Below are positions 1 through 10,444 of a stretch of 64,000 nt of DNA, piece after piece. The position numbers and the translations under genes are program-made. The DNA comes from an uncultured Bacilli bacterium (GTDB lineage: Bacteria; Bacillota_I; Bacilli_A; RF39; UBA660): positions 7,157-71,156 of the forward strand of contig CAKPRO010000008.1 of NCBI GenBank assembly GCA_934182615.1, read 5' to 3'. Within the stretch, counting starts at the first letter, position 1. Each line of letters begins with the position of its first letter. The notes under the pieces are model-generated. The model was given only the letters and a program-made list of their open reading frames with translations. It was not told the DNA's origin and ran no database searches.

Positions 1-552
1 TTAATGTCAATTGAAGACGTATTTACTATTACTGGTAGAGGAACAGTTGTTACTGGTAGAGTTGAAAGAGGACAATTAAAACTTAATGATGAAGTTGAAA
101 TCGTTGGTTTAAAAGATACTAAGAAAACAGTTGTTACTGGTATTGAAATGTTTAGAAAACAACTTGACTATGCTGAAGCTGGAGATAATGCTGGTGTATT
201 ATTAAGAGGAATCGATAGAAGTGAAGTTGAAAGAGGACAAGTTCTTGCTAAACCTGGAACAGTTCATCCACATAAAAAATTCAAAGCACAAGTTTATGTA
301 CTTTCTAAAGAAGAAGGTGGAAGACATACTCCATTCTTTACAAACTATAGACCTCAATTCTATTTCAGAACTACTGACGTTACTGGTGTAGTTACATTAC
401 CAGAAGGAACTGAAATGGTTATGCCTGGTGACAATGTTACTATGACAGTTGAATTAATTGCTCCAATCGCAGTTGAAAATGGTACTAAATTCTCTATTAG
501 AGAAGGTGGACACACTGTTGGTGCTGGATCAGTTACTGAAATTATTGAATAA
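1..552 (+). CDS. tuf: Elongation factor Tu, C-terminal part (5' end upstream of window)
   Basis: Translation is typical EF-Tu domains II/III ([13 protein letters not shown] ... [20 protein letters not shown]). The frame is open to the window edge. Confidence 0.95.
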   Translation, partial: LMSIEDVFTITGRGTVVTGRVERGQLKLNDEVEIVGLKDTKKTVVTGIEMFRKQLDYAEAGDNAGVLLRGIDRSEVERGQVLAKPGTVHPHKKFKAQVYVLSKEEGGRHTPFFTNYRPQFYFRTTDVTGVVTLPEGTEMVMPGDNVTMTVELIAPIAVENGTKFSIREGGHTVGAGSVTEIIE

Positions 553-560
553 TTAAATTA

Positions 561-588
561 AAGATACTCATTTGAGTGTCTTTTTTCT
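561..588 (+). terminator. Intrinsic terminator after tuf
   Basis: Hairpin aagatactc/gagtgtctt followed by a T6 run. Confidence 0.7.
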
Positions 589-671
589 ACAAAATTTAGT
601 TGATAATAAAATAATAAAAATTGTGTATAATATTAATGCAAATGATAATTTGCCAATTTTATGCAATGGTA

Positions 672-700
672 TTGACTTTTGGCATAAAATATAGTATATT
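672..700 (+). promoter_or_regulatory. Sigma-A-like promoter of the type III TA locus
   Basis: TTGACT (672-677), 17-nt spacer, TATATT (695-700). Confidence 0.55.
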
Positions 701-730
701 ATTATTGCATTTGATGAATGCATTAATAAG

Positions 731-840
731 AAAATGTTTCTCGCTTCCAGGTGGCTTGCGAGTAATAAGTAATCCTGGTCGACAATGTTTCTCGCTTACG
801 GGTGGTGCGAGTAATAAGTAATCCCGAGCGAAAATGTTTG
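731..840 (+). ncRNA. Type III antitoxin RNA (ToxI/CptI-like): about 2.2 tandem repeats of 49-51 nt
   Basis: aatgtttctcgc recurs at 733 and 784, with a partial copy at 833. Each unit can form an H-type pseudoknot. Unit 1 pairs ctcgc 740-744 with gcgag 758-762, and ccagg 747-751 with cctgg 774-778. Unit 2 pairs ctcgc 791-795 with gcgag 807-811, and cggg 799-802 with cccg 823-826, so the second stem covaries. Confidence 0.7.
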
Positions 841-874
841 AAAACTCTTACTTTTTAAGTAGAGTTTTCTTTTA
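841..874 (+). terminator. Intrinsic terminator between the antitoxin repeats and the toxin gene
   Basis: Hairpin aaaactc(t)tac/gtagagtttt followed by a T-rich tail. This is the position typical of type III TA loci. Confidence 0.7.
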
Positions 875-968
875 ATTTATGATATACTTTTATTGGGTTT
901 AATAGTTCAAAAATAATATGTTTTTTACTATATGTTTATGAAATAAAATGAAAGGAGAAAAGATTGTT

Positions 969-1448
969 ATGAAGGTTCAAACTGGATATTTATATCATAT
1001 TAAGGATGATTTTTTTGATATTGTTAATGATGATAATTTAATGCAAAATCATGAAAAGGGTAAAAAAAGACCTACTTATTTTACTATTAAGGATAATGAT
1101 ATTTTATGGTTTATTCCTATTAGTTCAAAAATAGATAAATATAAAAAAATAATTGATAAGAAAATAGAAAAATATGGTTTTTGTAATACTATATTAATAG
1201 AAAAAATTTTTGATGAAGAATCTGCTATTTTACTTCAGAATGCTTTTCCAACTTTAGAAAAGTATATTGATCATGTTCATACAATTGATGGTAAGCCTGC
1301 TAGAGTACCGGAAAAGTTAGAACAGATAATTTATGATAATTTTAAGGAGTTAATGAAGCTTAATACAAGGGGAATAAAGGTATTTTTTACTGATATAGAT
1401 AAAATGAAAGAGCAGATGTTAGAAGAATTAAAAGTTTCTAGTAAATAG
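969..1448 (+). CDS. ToxN/AbiQ-family endoribonuclease toxin (type III TA)
   Basis: The N-terminal pattern YLYHIKDDFFDIV...KRPTYF...WFIPISSKIDKYKK matches the AbiQ/ToxN signature (RP..., aPLSS.K). GGAG lies at 954-957. An alternative ATG at 948 lacks an RBS. Confidence 0.75.
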   Translation: MKVQTGYLYHIKDDFFDIVNDDNLMQNHEKGKKRPTYFTIKDNDILWFIPISSKIDKYKKIIDKKIEKYGFCNTILIEKIFDEESAILLQNAFPTLEKYIDHVHTIDGKPARVPEKLEQIIYDNFKELMKLNTRGIKVFFTDIDKMKEQMLEELKVSSK

Positions 1449-1566
1449 TTATAAGTTTTATTTTTTAGATAGTAGTGAAAAGAAATTATATCACTGCCCG
1501 TTTAGGACGTTTGGAACAGGATATTTAATATCATTATCCTTAGTGATACTAGTTCTTTTCTTTCTT

Positions 1567-1670
1567 TTAGGTATTCACTGTGAATATAATAGATATGGAT
1601 GATATTCATTTCTAGACTATAGGCTAGAAATGACATGAAATGACCTTGGCATTTCATGAAAGGTGAAAGA
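1567..1670 (+). repeat. Double-hairpin intergenic repeat, copy A (forward type)
   Basis: Box ttcactgtgaa at 1574-1584. H1 is tcatttctag/ctagaaatga (1606-1633) with loop actatagg. H2 is catgaaatg/catttcatg (1634-1658) with loop accttgg. Confidence 0.8.
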
Positions 1671-1733
1671 ATGTAAATGATAATAATTACTTAAATATTA
1701 TTATTACATAGGATTATTATAGGGAGGAATAGT

Positions 1734-2085
1734 ATGAATCCTTATGATAAGATAGAAAGAGATAAGAAATGTATATGTAATCCTGTTATTATTGGGATGA
1801 CTGGCCTATGGTATTACAGGGTTTAATTGGTCCTACGAGACTTCAAGGAGAGCCTCCTAGTAGTTAGTACTGAAGGGATATTCTTTGCTAGTTATAATGA
1901 TACTAATGATATTGAAGCAATGATTATTAATAAGACTTGGTTAGTACCAGAACCTAGTGAATATTTTATTTAGATTTGAAGATGATACTATACTTGAGGT
2001 TATGACTAATTTAACGGGAGATATTAATACTTCTAATGTAGAAGTAAAAGATGTTACTTTACTTATGAAGAAGATACATGAATAA
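1734..2085 (+). pseudogene. Degenerate collagen-like (BclA/exosporium-type) gene remnant with multiple frame breaks
   Basis: Short ORF MNPYDKIERDKKCICNPVIIGMTG. The next frame continues with GXY-like GLIGPTRLQGEP. C-terminal pieces are spread over two further frames. Confidence 0.3.
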
Positions 2086-2144
2086 GGAGTATTAATGGTA
2101 CTTTTTTTCTTTACTTTAATTGTTATATTTGATATAATTAGTAA

Positions 2145-3272
<1,128 letters not shown>

Positions 3273-3299
3273 TATACTTATTAAGAGGTGAAGGGTAAG

Positions 3300-5201
3300 A
3301 TGAAGGAAATATTAAAGATTAATGGAATGAATTATTTGGTGTTAATATTTTTTGAGGCGATGTTTGCTCTCATCTCTTTTGATATTTATTCAAAGAGTGA
3401 AGTACTTAGTATACTTATATATTCTTTATTTGTTTCTTTTGTTATGACTATTTTAATGACTATATGGAGTGAGAAAGTAAATAGAATATTTGGTTATATT
3501 ATTTATTTTATTTTTTGTTTTTGGTTTGCTTTAGAGACGATATTTAAGGCTTTTTTACAGACTTTCTTTTCTTTAGATTGTTTTAAGTTATCTGATCAGG
3601 CAATGGGTTTTGCAGGAGAGACTGTTAAGGTTATTGTTAGTAATATCCACTATTTAGTGTTATTCTTTTTACCTTTTATTTTACTTATTATTTTTAGGAA
3701 GAAGATTGATTATGATATAAAGGGTAATAAGAAGTATTTATTTAGTTATATTATTCTTATTCCTTTATCTTTCTTATCTTATAGATTATATATTAATAGT
3801 ACTAAGAATAGTAGTGATATATCTTTATATGATTTATATTATAATACGAATAATATTCCTCTTAGTATTCAGAAGATGGGAGTGTTATCTAGTACGGGGT
3901 TAGATATATATAGGAATATATTTGGGTTTGAAGATAAGGTAATTGAAGTTAATTATGAAGAGAATGATGATAATGAAGAATTATTTGTTTATGACAAGAA
4001 TATTCTTGATTTGGATTTGGATAGTGATAAATTAAATAAGGATATTAAGAAATATATTGAAGATAATCCTGGTACTAGTAAGAATAAATATAGTGGGATG
4101 TTTGAAAATAAGAATCTTATTTTTGTAGTAGCGGAATCTTATAGTGAGATTGGGGTAGATGAGAAGAGAACTCCTACTTTATATAGGCTTATTCATAATG
4201 GGTTTACTTTTGATAATTTTTATGTACCTTATTATTTATCTACTATTGGAGGAGAAGCACAGTCTCTTACGGGGTTATATCCTAATTATGCTACTTTGAC
4301 TAAGTGGAAGAGTGGAGAGAATAGTTTTCCTTATGGACTAGCTACGGTATTTAAAGAGAAAGGGTATAATACTTATGCTTATCATGCGCATAATGGTTAT
4401 TTTCAGAATAGATATAAATATCTTAAGTCTTTAGGTTTTGATAATTTTAAGGCATGTAATATGGGACTTGATATTAACTGTGATATATGGCCTGAGAGTG
4501 ATATTGAGATGATTAATACTAGTATTAATGATTATATTGATAGTGATAAACCTTTTATGACTTATTATATGACGGTATCAGGGCATCTTGATTATGATAA
4601 AGAGAGTAATAGTATTGTTAGTAAGAATTGGGATTTGGTTAAAGACTTAGATTATAGTGATAAGGCTAAGGCTTATCTTGCTACACAGATTGAACTTGAT
4701 AGGGCGATGGAGAGTTTAATTAAGAAGTTAGATGATAAGGGTATTCTTAAGGATACGGTAATTGTCATGCTAGCGGATCATTATCCTTATGGGTTAGATT
4801 TAGATGAGATTAATGAATTATCTAGTTATAAGAGAGATGAGTTATTTGAGATTAATCATAATTCTCTTGTGATATATAATAGTGAGATGAAGAATGTTAA
4901 TATTAGTAAGACTGGTATGCCTATTGATGTTTTACCTACGGTATATAATTTATTTGGTATTAGATATGATTCTAGGTTACTAGCGGGTAATGATCTTTTA
5001 TCTAATAGTGAGGGTATGGTTATTTTAGATAATTTATCTTGGATTACTGATAAGGGTAGATATAATAGTCTTAATGGTAAATATAGTGGTGATATTGATA
5101 GTGATTATATTAGTAATATTAATAATATTATTCAGAATAAGATTATTTTTAGTAGGAATATGATTACTTATGATGGTTATAGATATATTAAAGAGAAATA
5201 G
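3300..5201 (+). CDS. LTA synthase / sulfatase-family membrane protein (LtaS-like)
   Basis: N-terminal multi-TM region followed by an alkaline-phosphatase-superfamily domain (VVAESYS..., MLADHYPYG). ATG 3300 follows the RBS agaggtga. Confidence 0.75.
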   Translation: MKEILKINGMNYLVLIFFEAMFALISFDIYSKSEVLSILIYSLFVSFVMTILMTIWSEKVNRIFGYIIYFIFCFWFALETIFKAFLQTFFSLDCFKLSDQAMGFAGETVKVIVSNIHYLVLFFLPFILLIIFRKKIDYDIKGNKKYLFSYIILIPLSFLSYRLYINSTKNSSDISLYDLYYNTNNIPLSIQKMGVLSSTGLDIYRNIFGFEDKVIEVNYEENDDNEELFVYDKNILDLDLDSDKLNKDIKKYIEDNPGTSKNKYSGMFENKNLIFVVAESYSEIGVDEKRTPTLYRLIHNGFTFDNFYVPYYLSTIGGEAQSLTGLYPNYATLTKWKSGENSFPYGLATVFKEKGYNTYAYHAHNGYFQNRYKYLKSLGFDNFKACNMGLDINCDIWPESDIEMINTSINDYIDSDKPFMTYYMTVSGHLDYDKESNSIVSKNWDLVKDLDYSDKAKAYLATQIELDRAMESLIKKLDDKGILKDTVIVMLADHYPYGLDLDEINELSSYKRDELFEINHNSLVIYNSEMKNVNISKTGMPIDVLPTVYNLFGIRYDSRLLAGNDLLSNSEGMVILDNLSWITDKGRYNSLNGKYSGDIDSDYISNINNIIQNKIIFSRNMITYDGYRYIKEK

Positions 5202-5222
5202 AAGTTGTTTCTCTTTTTCTTT

Positions 5223-5279
5223 CACTCTAAGCTATAATCTTAGAGTGTTGTTGTTAGCCTAAAGAGAGTCTAACAACAA
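5223..5279 (-). repeat. Double-hairpin intergenic repeat, copy F (reverse type)
   Basis: cactctaag/cttagagtg (loop ctataat) and ttgttgttag/ctaacaacaa (loop cctaaagagagt). It lies directly after the ltaS-like terminator. Confidence 0.7.
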
Positions 5280-5528
5280 GATATCAACCATATTTATTAT
5301 ATTTGGGTTAATACTTTTTTGATAAAGAGAGGGTATAATTATCTTTTTTAAATATATCATAATAGTGTATTTTAAAAAAATAATCTTAAAATAGCGATTA
5401 TTATTTAAATATTTGTGAAAAAATCACAAAAATAGCAAAAATAAGTGTACTTTTTGATTATTTTAATTAATAAAAGATATGTACTTTAGAGATAGTTTTT
5501 AGTATAATAGTTATTAGGTGATATTAGT

Positions 5529-7703
5529 ATGTATGTAGAAGTATTAACACAAATTAGTGCTAAAGCAGTAGATCAGTATTATGTATATTCAGTACCAGAA
5601 GTATTTAGAGATAATATTAAGATTGGTATTAGAGTTAGAATACCTTTTGGTAAGATGGAATTAGAAGGATTTGTTATGAATATTCTTAATGATACTGATT
5701 ATGATAAGAGTAAGATTAAAGATATTAGTGATGTAGTAGATGATAGGCCAGTACTTAATAAAGAGATGCTTCTACTGGGTAAATATATGAGTAAGCATTT
5801 ATTATGTTCACTTGTTAGTGCTTATCAAGTAATGCTTCCTAAAGCTTTAAAGGCTAAAGTTAATACTAATATTAAAATTAAATATAATAAATATTTAAGA
5901 AGAACTAAGAGTATTGAAGAGATAGATAAATATATTAGTAGTTGTAGGTATGAAGGACAAGTTAATTTACTTTGTAAGTTAAAAGAGGGAGATGTTCTTA
6001 TTACTAAGATGTCTAGTACGATTAATACGATTATTAAGAATGGATTAGGGGAAATATATTTAGAAGAAGATAAAAGATATGCTTATACAGGAATAAGTGA
6101 TTATAAGAGGGTAGTACTAAATGAAGAACAAGAGAGGGCTAAAGATATAGTAGTTAATTCATTTGGAGAGGCTAATACTTATTTATTATATGGAGTTACT
6201 GGTTCTGGTAAAACAGAAGTATATATGAGTATTATTGAAGATGCTTTAAAGTTAGGTAAAGAAGCGATTATGTTAGTACCAGAAATTAGTTTAACTCCTC
6301 AAGTAGTAGGAAAGTTTATATCTAGATTTGGTGATGTAGTAGCGGTATTACATTCTAAATTATCTGATACTGAGAGATATGATGAATATAGAAAGATAAC
6401 TGATGGAGAAGCTAAGATTGTTATTGGTACAAGAAGTGCTATCTTTGTTCCTTTTAATAATATTGGAGTTATTATAATAGACGAAGAACATACGGGTAGT
6501 TATAAACAAGAGAATCATCCTAGGTATAATGCTAAAGATATTGCTATTCTTAGAAGTAAATATCATAAATGTCCTGTAGTTATGGGAAGTGCTACTCCTA
6601 GTTTGGAGTCTTTTGCTAGAGCAGGTAATAAAGTATATAAGTTATTAGTATTATCTAAAAGACCTAGTAGTAGTACAATGCCTAATGTTGAGATTATTGA
6701 TATGAAAGAAGAAGTTAAGAAAGGTAATTTTATTTTATCTGATACTTTGAAGAATAAGATTAAAGAAAAACTAGATAGACAGGAACAGAGTATTATTTTA
6801 CTTAACAGAAGAGGATACTCTAGTGTTATTAGCTGCAGGGAATGTGGTTATACTGAGAAGTGTCCTAAGTGTGATGTTACTTATACTTATCATAAGACAA
6901 GTAATAATTTAAAATGCCACTACTGCGGTACTGCTAAAGTACCTAGTAAGGTATGTCCTAAATGTGGTGGTAACTTAAGAGATTTTGGACTTGGTACTGA
7001 GAAATTAGAAGAAGAATTAAATAAATTATTTAAAGCAAGAATAGTTAGAATGGATGTTGATACTACTAGTAAAAAAGGAGAACATCAGAAGATTATTGAT
7101 GACTTTGGAGAACATAAATATGATATTTTAATTGGTACACAGATGATTGCTAAGGGACTTGATTTTCCACTTGTTACTTTAGTAGGAGTAGTATCAGTAG
7201 ATTCTTCACTTATGGCTCCAGATTTTAGAGCTAGTGAAAATACTTTTCAGTTACTTTCGCAAGTAGCAGGAAGAGCGGGCAGAAGTACTTCAAAGGGAGA
7301 AGTTATTATTCAAACTTATAATCCTGATCATTATAGTATTATGCTAGCTAAAGATCATGATTATTTAAAATTTTATAAGGAAGAAATGAGTATTAGAAAG
7401 ATGCTTAAATATCCTCCATACTATTATTTAACATTAGTTAGTATATCTTCAAGAGATTATGAAGGAGGATTTAAAGAGGCTAATAAGATAGGTAATTATT
7501 TAAGAAGTAAACTTGGTAATTCAATTATACTTGGCCCTACTACTAGTAGTGCATTTAAGATAAATAATATTTATCATTATCAGATTATTATTAAATATCA
7601 AAAAGAAGATAATTTAATTAATACTTTAAATTTTATTATTGATATGTATAAAAATAATAATAAGATAGATGTAGAAGTAGATTTTAATCCAATTAGAGTA
7701 TAA
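5529..7703 (+). CDS. priA: Primosomal protein N' (replication restart helicase)
   Basis: Walker A GVTGSGKTEVY, DEEH box, and Cys-rich zinc motifs CRECGY..CPKCD / CHYCG..CPKCG. Confidence 0.95.
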   Translation: MYVEVLTQISAKAVDQYYVYSVPEVFRDNIKIGIRVRIPFGKMELEGFVMNILNDTDYDKSKIKDISDVVDDRPVLNKEMLLLGKYMSKHLLCSLVSAYQVMLPKALKAKVNTNIKIKYNKYLRRTKSIEEIDKYISSCRYEGQVNLLCKLKEGDVLITKMSSTINTIIKNGLGEIYLEEDKRYAYTGISDYKRVVLNEEQERAKDIVVNSFGEANTYLLYGVTGSGKTEVYMSIIEDALKLGKEAIMLVPEISLTPQVVGKFISRFGDVVAVLHSKLSDTERYDEYRKITDGEAKIVIGTRSAIFVPFNNIGVIIIDEEHTGSYKQENHPRYNAKDIAILRSKYHKCPVVMGSATPSLESFARAGNKVYKLLVLSKRPSSSTMPNVEIIDMKEEVKKGNFILSDTLKNKIKEKLDRQEQSIILLNRRGYSSVISCRECGYTEKCPKCDVTYTYHKTSNNLKCHYCGTAKVPSKVCPKCGGNLRDFGLGTEKLEEELNKLFKARIVRMDVDTTSKKGEHQKIIDDFGEHKYDILIGTQMIAKGLDFPLVTLVGVVSVDSSLMAPDFRASENTFQLLSQVAGRAGRSTSKGEVIIQTYNPDHYSIMLAKDHDYLKFYKEEMSIRKMLKYPPYYYLTLVSISSRDYEGGFKEANKIGNYLRSKLGNSIILGPTTSSAFKINNIYHYQIIIKYQKEDNLINTLNFIIDMYKNNNKIDVEVDFNPIRV

Positions 7704-7705
7704 AT

Positions 7706-7745
7706 AAAACATTTCTAAAAAAGTAGAAATGTTTTTGCTTTTTAT
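7706..7745. terminator. Bidirectional intrinsic terminator between convergent priA and the rlu gene
   Basis: 12-bp stem aaaacatttcta/tagaaatgtttt, flanked by an A-run and a T-run. Confidence 0.7.
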
Positions 7746-7773
7746 ATAATAGGAACTTTAGATTTAACTAGTA

Positions 7774-8613
7774 CTATTTTGTTATATCATAAAATTCTTT
7801 TGGTATATCACTAGTAAATATCATTAGCTTATTTGTAAGGGGATTAATTATTTCTAGTTTGTTAGCATGTAGTGCTAATCTATTTAGAGAATTATCTCTA
7901 CTGTGGTAGCGGCTATCTCCAAGGATGGGATGATTTATATCATACATATGACATCTTATTTGATTTCTTCTTCCGGTAGATATTAATATTCTTAGCAGAG
8001 AGTATTTATTGTTATATTTTATTCTTTCATAATCTGTTATAGAAAATAGGCCATCTTTGTTTTTTGATGAATATACTTGAAGAGTTTTAGACATTTTTAA
8101 ATATGATTCAATATGACCATGAGAATTAGTTATGCCTTCAACAACCGCAGTGTATTCTCTCTTTTTAGTTAAGTTATTCCAATTTTCTTGGTATAATTTT
8201 TGTATCTTTTGATTTTTAGCAAACATTATTACTCCAGATGTATCATAGTCTAATCTATGTATTACGAATACTTTTTTGTTTTCTTTTTTTAAATAGTTAG
8301 ATACTTCACGATATAACGTTTTTTCTTTTTCTTTTTCGTTTGATATTGTTAATATTTTAGTTGGTTTATCTATAACAATAATATCATTATCTTCATATAT
8401 TATTTTTAGTGTAAAAGTGTTTTCTTTGATGCTTTTACCTATAGTTATAATATCATTTTTATGGACGATATAGTTATATTGGGTTACTGTTTTATTGTTT
8501 ACATATATACATTTATTCTTTAGTAAAGTTTTAATATTATTTTTTGATTTATTTAAGTTTTCTCTTAAATAATTATATATTTCAGCATCATATTCTACTA
8601 TTATTTTATTCAT
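7774..8613 (-). CDS. RluA-family 23S rRNA pseudouridine synthase (RluD-like, with S4 domain)
   Basis: HRLDYDTSGVIMFAK catalytic motif and RNQIRCHM. ATG 8613 sits 8 nt after GGAAG. The GTG at 8622 chosen by the ORF track abuts the RBS. Confidence 0.85.
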   Translation of the reverse strand: MNKIIVEYDAEIYNYLRENLNKSKNNIKTLLKNKCIYVNNKTVTQYNYIVHKNDIITIGKSIKENTFTLKIIYEDNDIIVIDKPTKILTISNEKEKEKTLYREVSNYLKKENKKVFVIHRLDYDTSGVIMFAKNQKIQKLYQENWNNLTKKREYTAVVEGITNSHGHIESYLKMSKTLQVYSSKNKDGLFSITDYERIKYNNKYSLLRILISTGRRNQIRCHMYDINHPILGDSRYHSRDNSLNRLALHANKLEIINPLTNKLMIFTSDIPKEFYDITK

Positions 8614-8763
8614 TTTTTTCACTTCCTATATAATATTATACACTAAATATGATGGTTTTTAAAGTTAATTTTTTTTGTAGAGAATTGTGGTGACATTACG
8701 TTCAAAACATAGTAAACTTATATTGCTAGGATAATATATTATCCAGAGGAAAGGAGAAGAAGA

Positions 8764-9314
8764 ATGGAAAAACAAAGAAGAATTAACACACTTGTAATTT
8801 GTGGATTATTAATTGTAGTAGGGGCAATGACTATTGGTTTTGCGGCTTTAAGTCAAAGACTTGATATTGAAGGAACTGCTACTGTTAAGAGTGCTGCAAG
8901 TAGTTGGAATGTATACTTTTCAAAAGTAGATAATAATACAGCTGGTAATGGTTCATTTAGTACTCCACCTGCTATTTCTACTGATAGTAATAATTCTGGC
9001 AGCGATAACAAAATTACATTTGCTTGTGATTTAGCAGCTCCTGGGGACTCTTGTACTGTAACTGCTACTGTTAAAAATGGTGGTACTACTGTAGCTAAGT
9101 ATAAAGGTTATACTTTAAGTGTTGGTGGACTTTATCACCAGCGTATTATGATAGTAATCAAGCAAAAGTTGGTTTATTTATTGTTCAGACTGGTGGTAGT
9201 ATTACTGACTGGCCAAATACTAATACTATTATTAATTCGGCTGGTATTAGACCGGTTATTACTGTTAATGGTAATTATACTATTAGTGGTAGTGATCCAT
9301 ATTACTTTAATTAA
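8764..9314 (+). pseudogene. Frameshifted secreted protein of the TasA-signal paralog family
   Basis: Frame 1 gives a signal plus N-domain up to ...KYKGYTLSVGG, then a Leu-rich nonsense tail. The frame opening after 9098 reads TLSPAYYDSNQAKVGLFIVQTGGSITDWPNTNTIINSAGIRPVITVNG...YYFN*, which is homologous to the C-terminus of the 29580 gene. Confidence 0.65.
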
Positions 9315-9315
9315 T

Positions 9316-9339
9316 AGGACTAAACTAGTCCTTTTTTTC
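9316..9339 (+). terminator. Intrinsic terminator
   Basis: aggacta/tagtcct hairpin followed by T7. Confidence 0.75.
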
Positions 9340-9361
9340 ATATTATGTTTTAGGTGATTAT

Positions 9362-10444
9362 ATGAAGAAAATTTTGGGTTTATTGATTATTTTATTGGTT
9401 ATAACTACTACTAATGTTAATGCTAGTACTAGTAGTGCTTCTTCGTATATTTTGATGGATCAGACTACTGGGAGAGTACTTACTGGTAAGGATATTCATG
9501 GTAAGAGACTTATTGCTTCTATTACTAAGATTATGACTGCTACTTTGGCTATTGAAAGTGGTAAATTAGATGATGTTGTAGTAGTTGATGATGCTATTTT
9601 AGATGCTTATGGTTCTGGTATATATATAGAAGTAGGGGAAGAAATTACTTTGCGAGATTTGGTATATGGATTAATGCTTAGGAGTGGTAATGATGCTGCT
9701 AGTATGATTGCTAAATATGTTGGTGGAAATAGTGAAGAGTTTGTTAATATGATGAATAATAAGGCTACTAGCATTGGAATGAAAAATACTACATTTTATA
9801 ATCCGAGTGGTCTTCCGACTCCACATGGTAATTATTCTTCTGTTTATGATATGGGACTTCTTACTAGATATGCTATGAAATATGAAGAGTATAGAAATAT
9901 TGTAAAAACAAAAGAATATAAGGTTACTACCAATAAAAAAACTTATTTATGGAAAAATAAAAATAAGTTACTTAGATATGATTATATTACGGGTGGTAAG
10001 ACTGGATATACTGAGGAATCAGGAAGAACACTTGTTAGTTCTGGTAGTATTGATGATATGAATTTGATAGTGGTTACTATTAGAGACAGTGATGATTGGA
10101 ATACACATACTTCTTTATATGAATATGCTAGGGATAATTATATTGGTTATAGGGTACTTAATAGAAGCAAGTTTAGAGTGTATGGAGATAATTATTATAA
10201 GAATGATAGTTTATATATTAAGAATGATGTTTTTATACCACTTATGAAAAATGAAAAGAAATCTTTAATTAGTCACATTATATTAGATAAAAAAAATAAT
10301 TATAATGATAATGACAAAGTAGGAGTTAATCAGATATTACTTAATGATTTATTGTTGTATGAAGAAGATATTTATGTTAATAAGAATAATACTAAATATA
10401 AAAGTAATATATTTAGTATTATAAGAAGATGGTTTAATGATTAA
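9362..10444 (+). CDS. dacB: D-alanyl-D-alanine carboxypeptidase (S11, DacB/PBP5*-like)
   Basis: ASITKIMTA (SxxK), SGND (SxN) and KTGYT (KTG) motifs. It is followed by spmA-spmB, as in the Bacillus dacB operon. Confidence 0.85.
   Translation: MKKILGLLIILLVITTTNVNASTSSASSYILMDQTTGRVLTGKDIHGKRLIASITKIMTATLAIESGKLDDVVVVDDAILDAYGSGIYIEVGEEITLRDLVYGLMLRSGNDAASMIAKYVGGNSEEFVNMMNNKATSIGMKNTTFYNPSGLPTPHGNYSSVYDMGLLTRYAMKYEEYRNIVKTKEYKVTTNKKTYLWKNKNKLLRYDYITGGKTGYTEESGRTLVSSGSIDDMNLIVVTIRDSDDWNTHTSLYEYARDNYIGYRVLNRSKFRVYGDNYYKNDSLYIKNDVFIPLMKNEKKSLISHIILDKKNNYNDNDKVGVNQILLNDLLLYEEDIYVNKNNTKYKSNIFSIIRRWFND

Noticed and set aside
621-821. 66-aa ORF in the ORF track, and the idea that 731-840 is a tandem riboswitch
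   Set aside because: The ORF has no RBS and lies over the tandem RNA repeats. The combination of repeats, a terminator and a ToxN-like gene fits a type III antitoxin better than any riboswitch class I could recall (preQ1, guanidine-III and SAM-II were compared by eye).
5034-5225. Short antisense or alternative-frame ORFs inside conserved genes: 5034-5225, 6360-6566, 27276-27494, 29858-30220, 33219-33509, 34139-34336, 35051-35257, 37164-37352, 37683-37898, 42358-42735, 47484-47732, 52068-52256, 53615-53803, 55021-55350, 55988-56188, 56735-56920, 62262-62492 and 63135-63329
   Set aside because: All lie within stronger, motif-supported genes, mostly on the opposite strand and in a few cases in another frame of the same strand. 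AT-rich genomes generate such open frames by chance.
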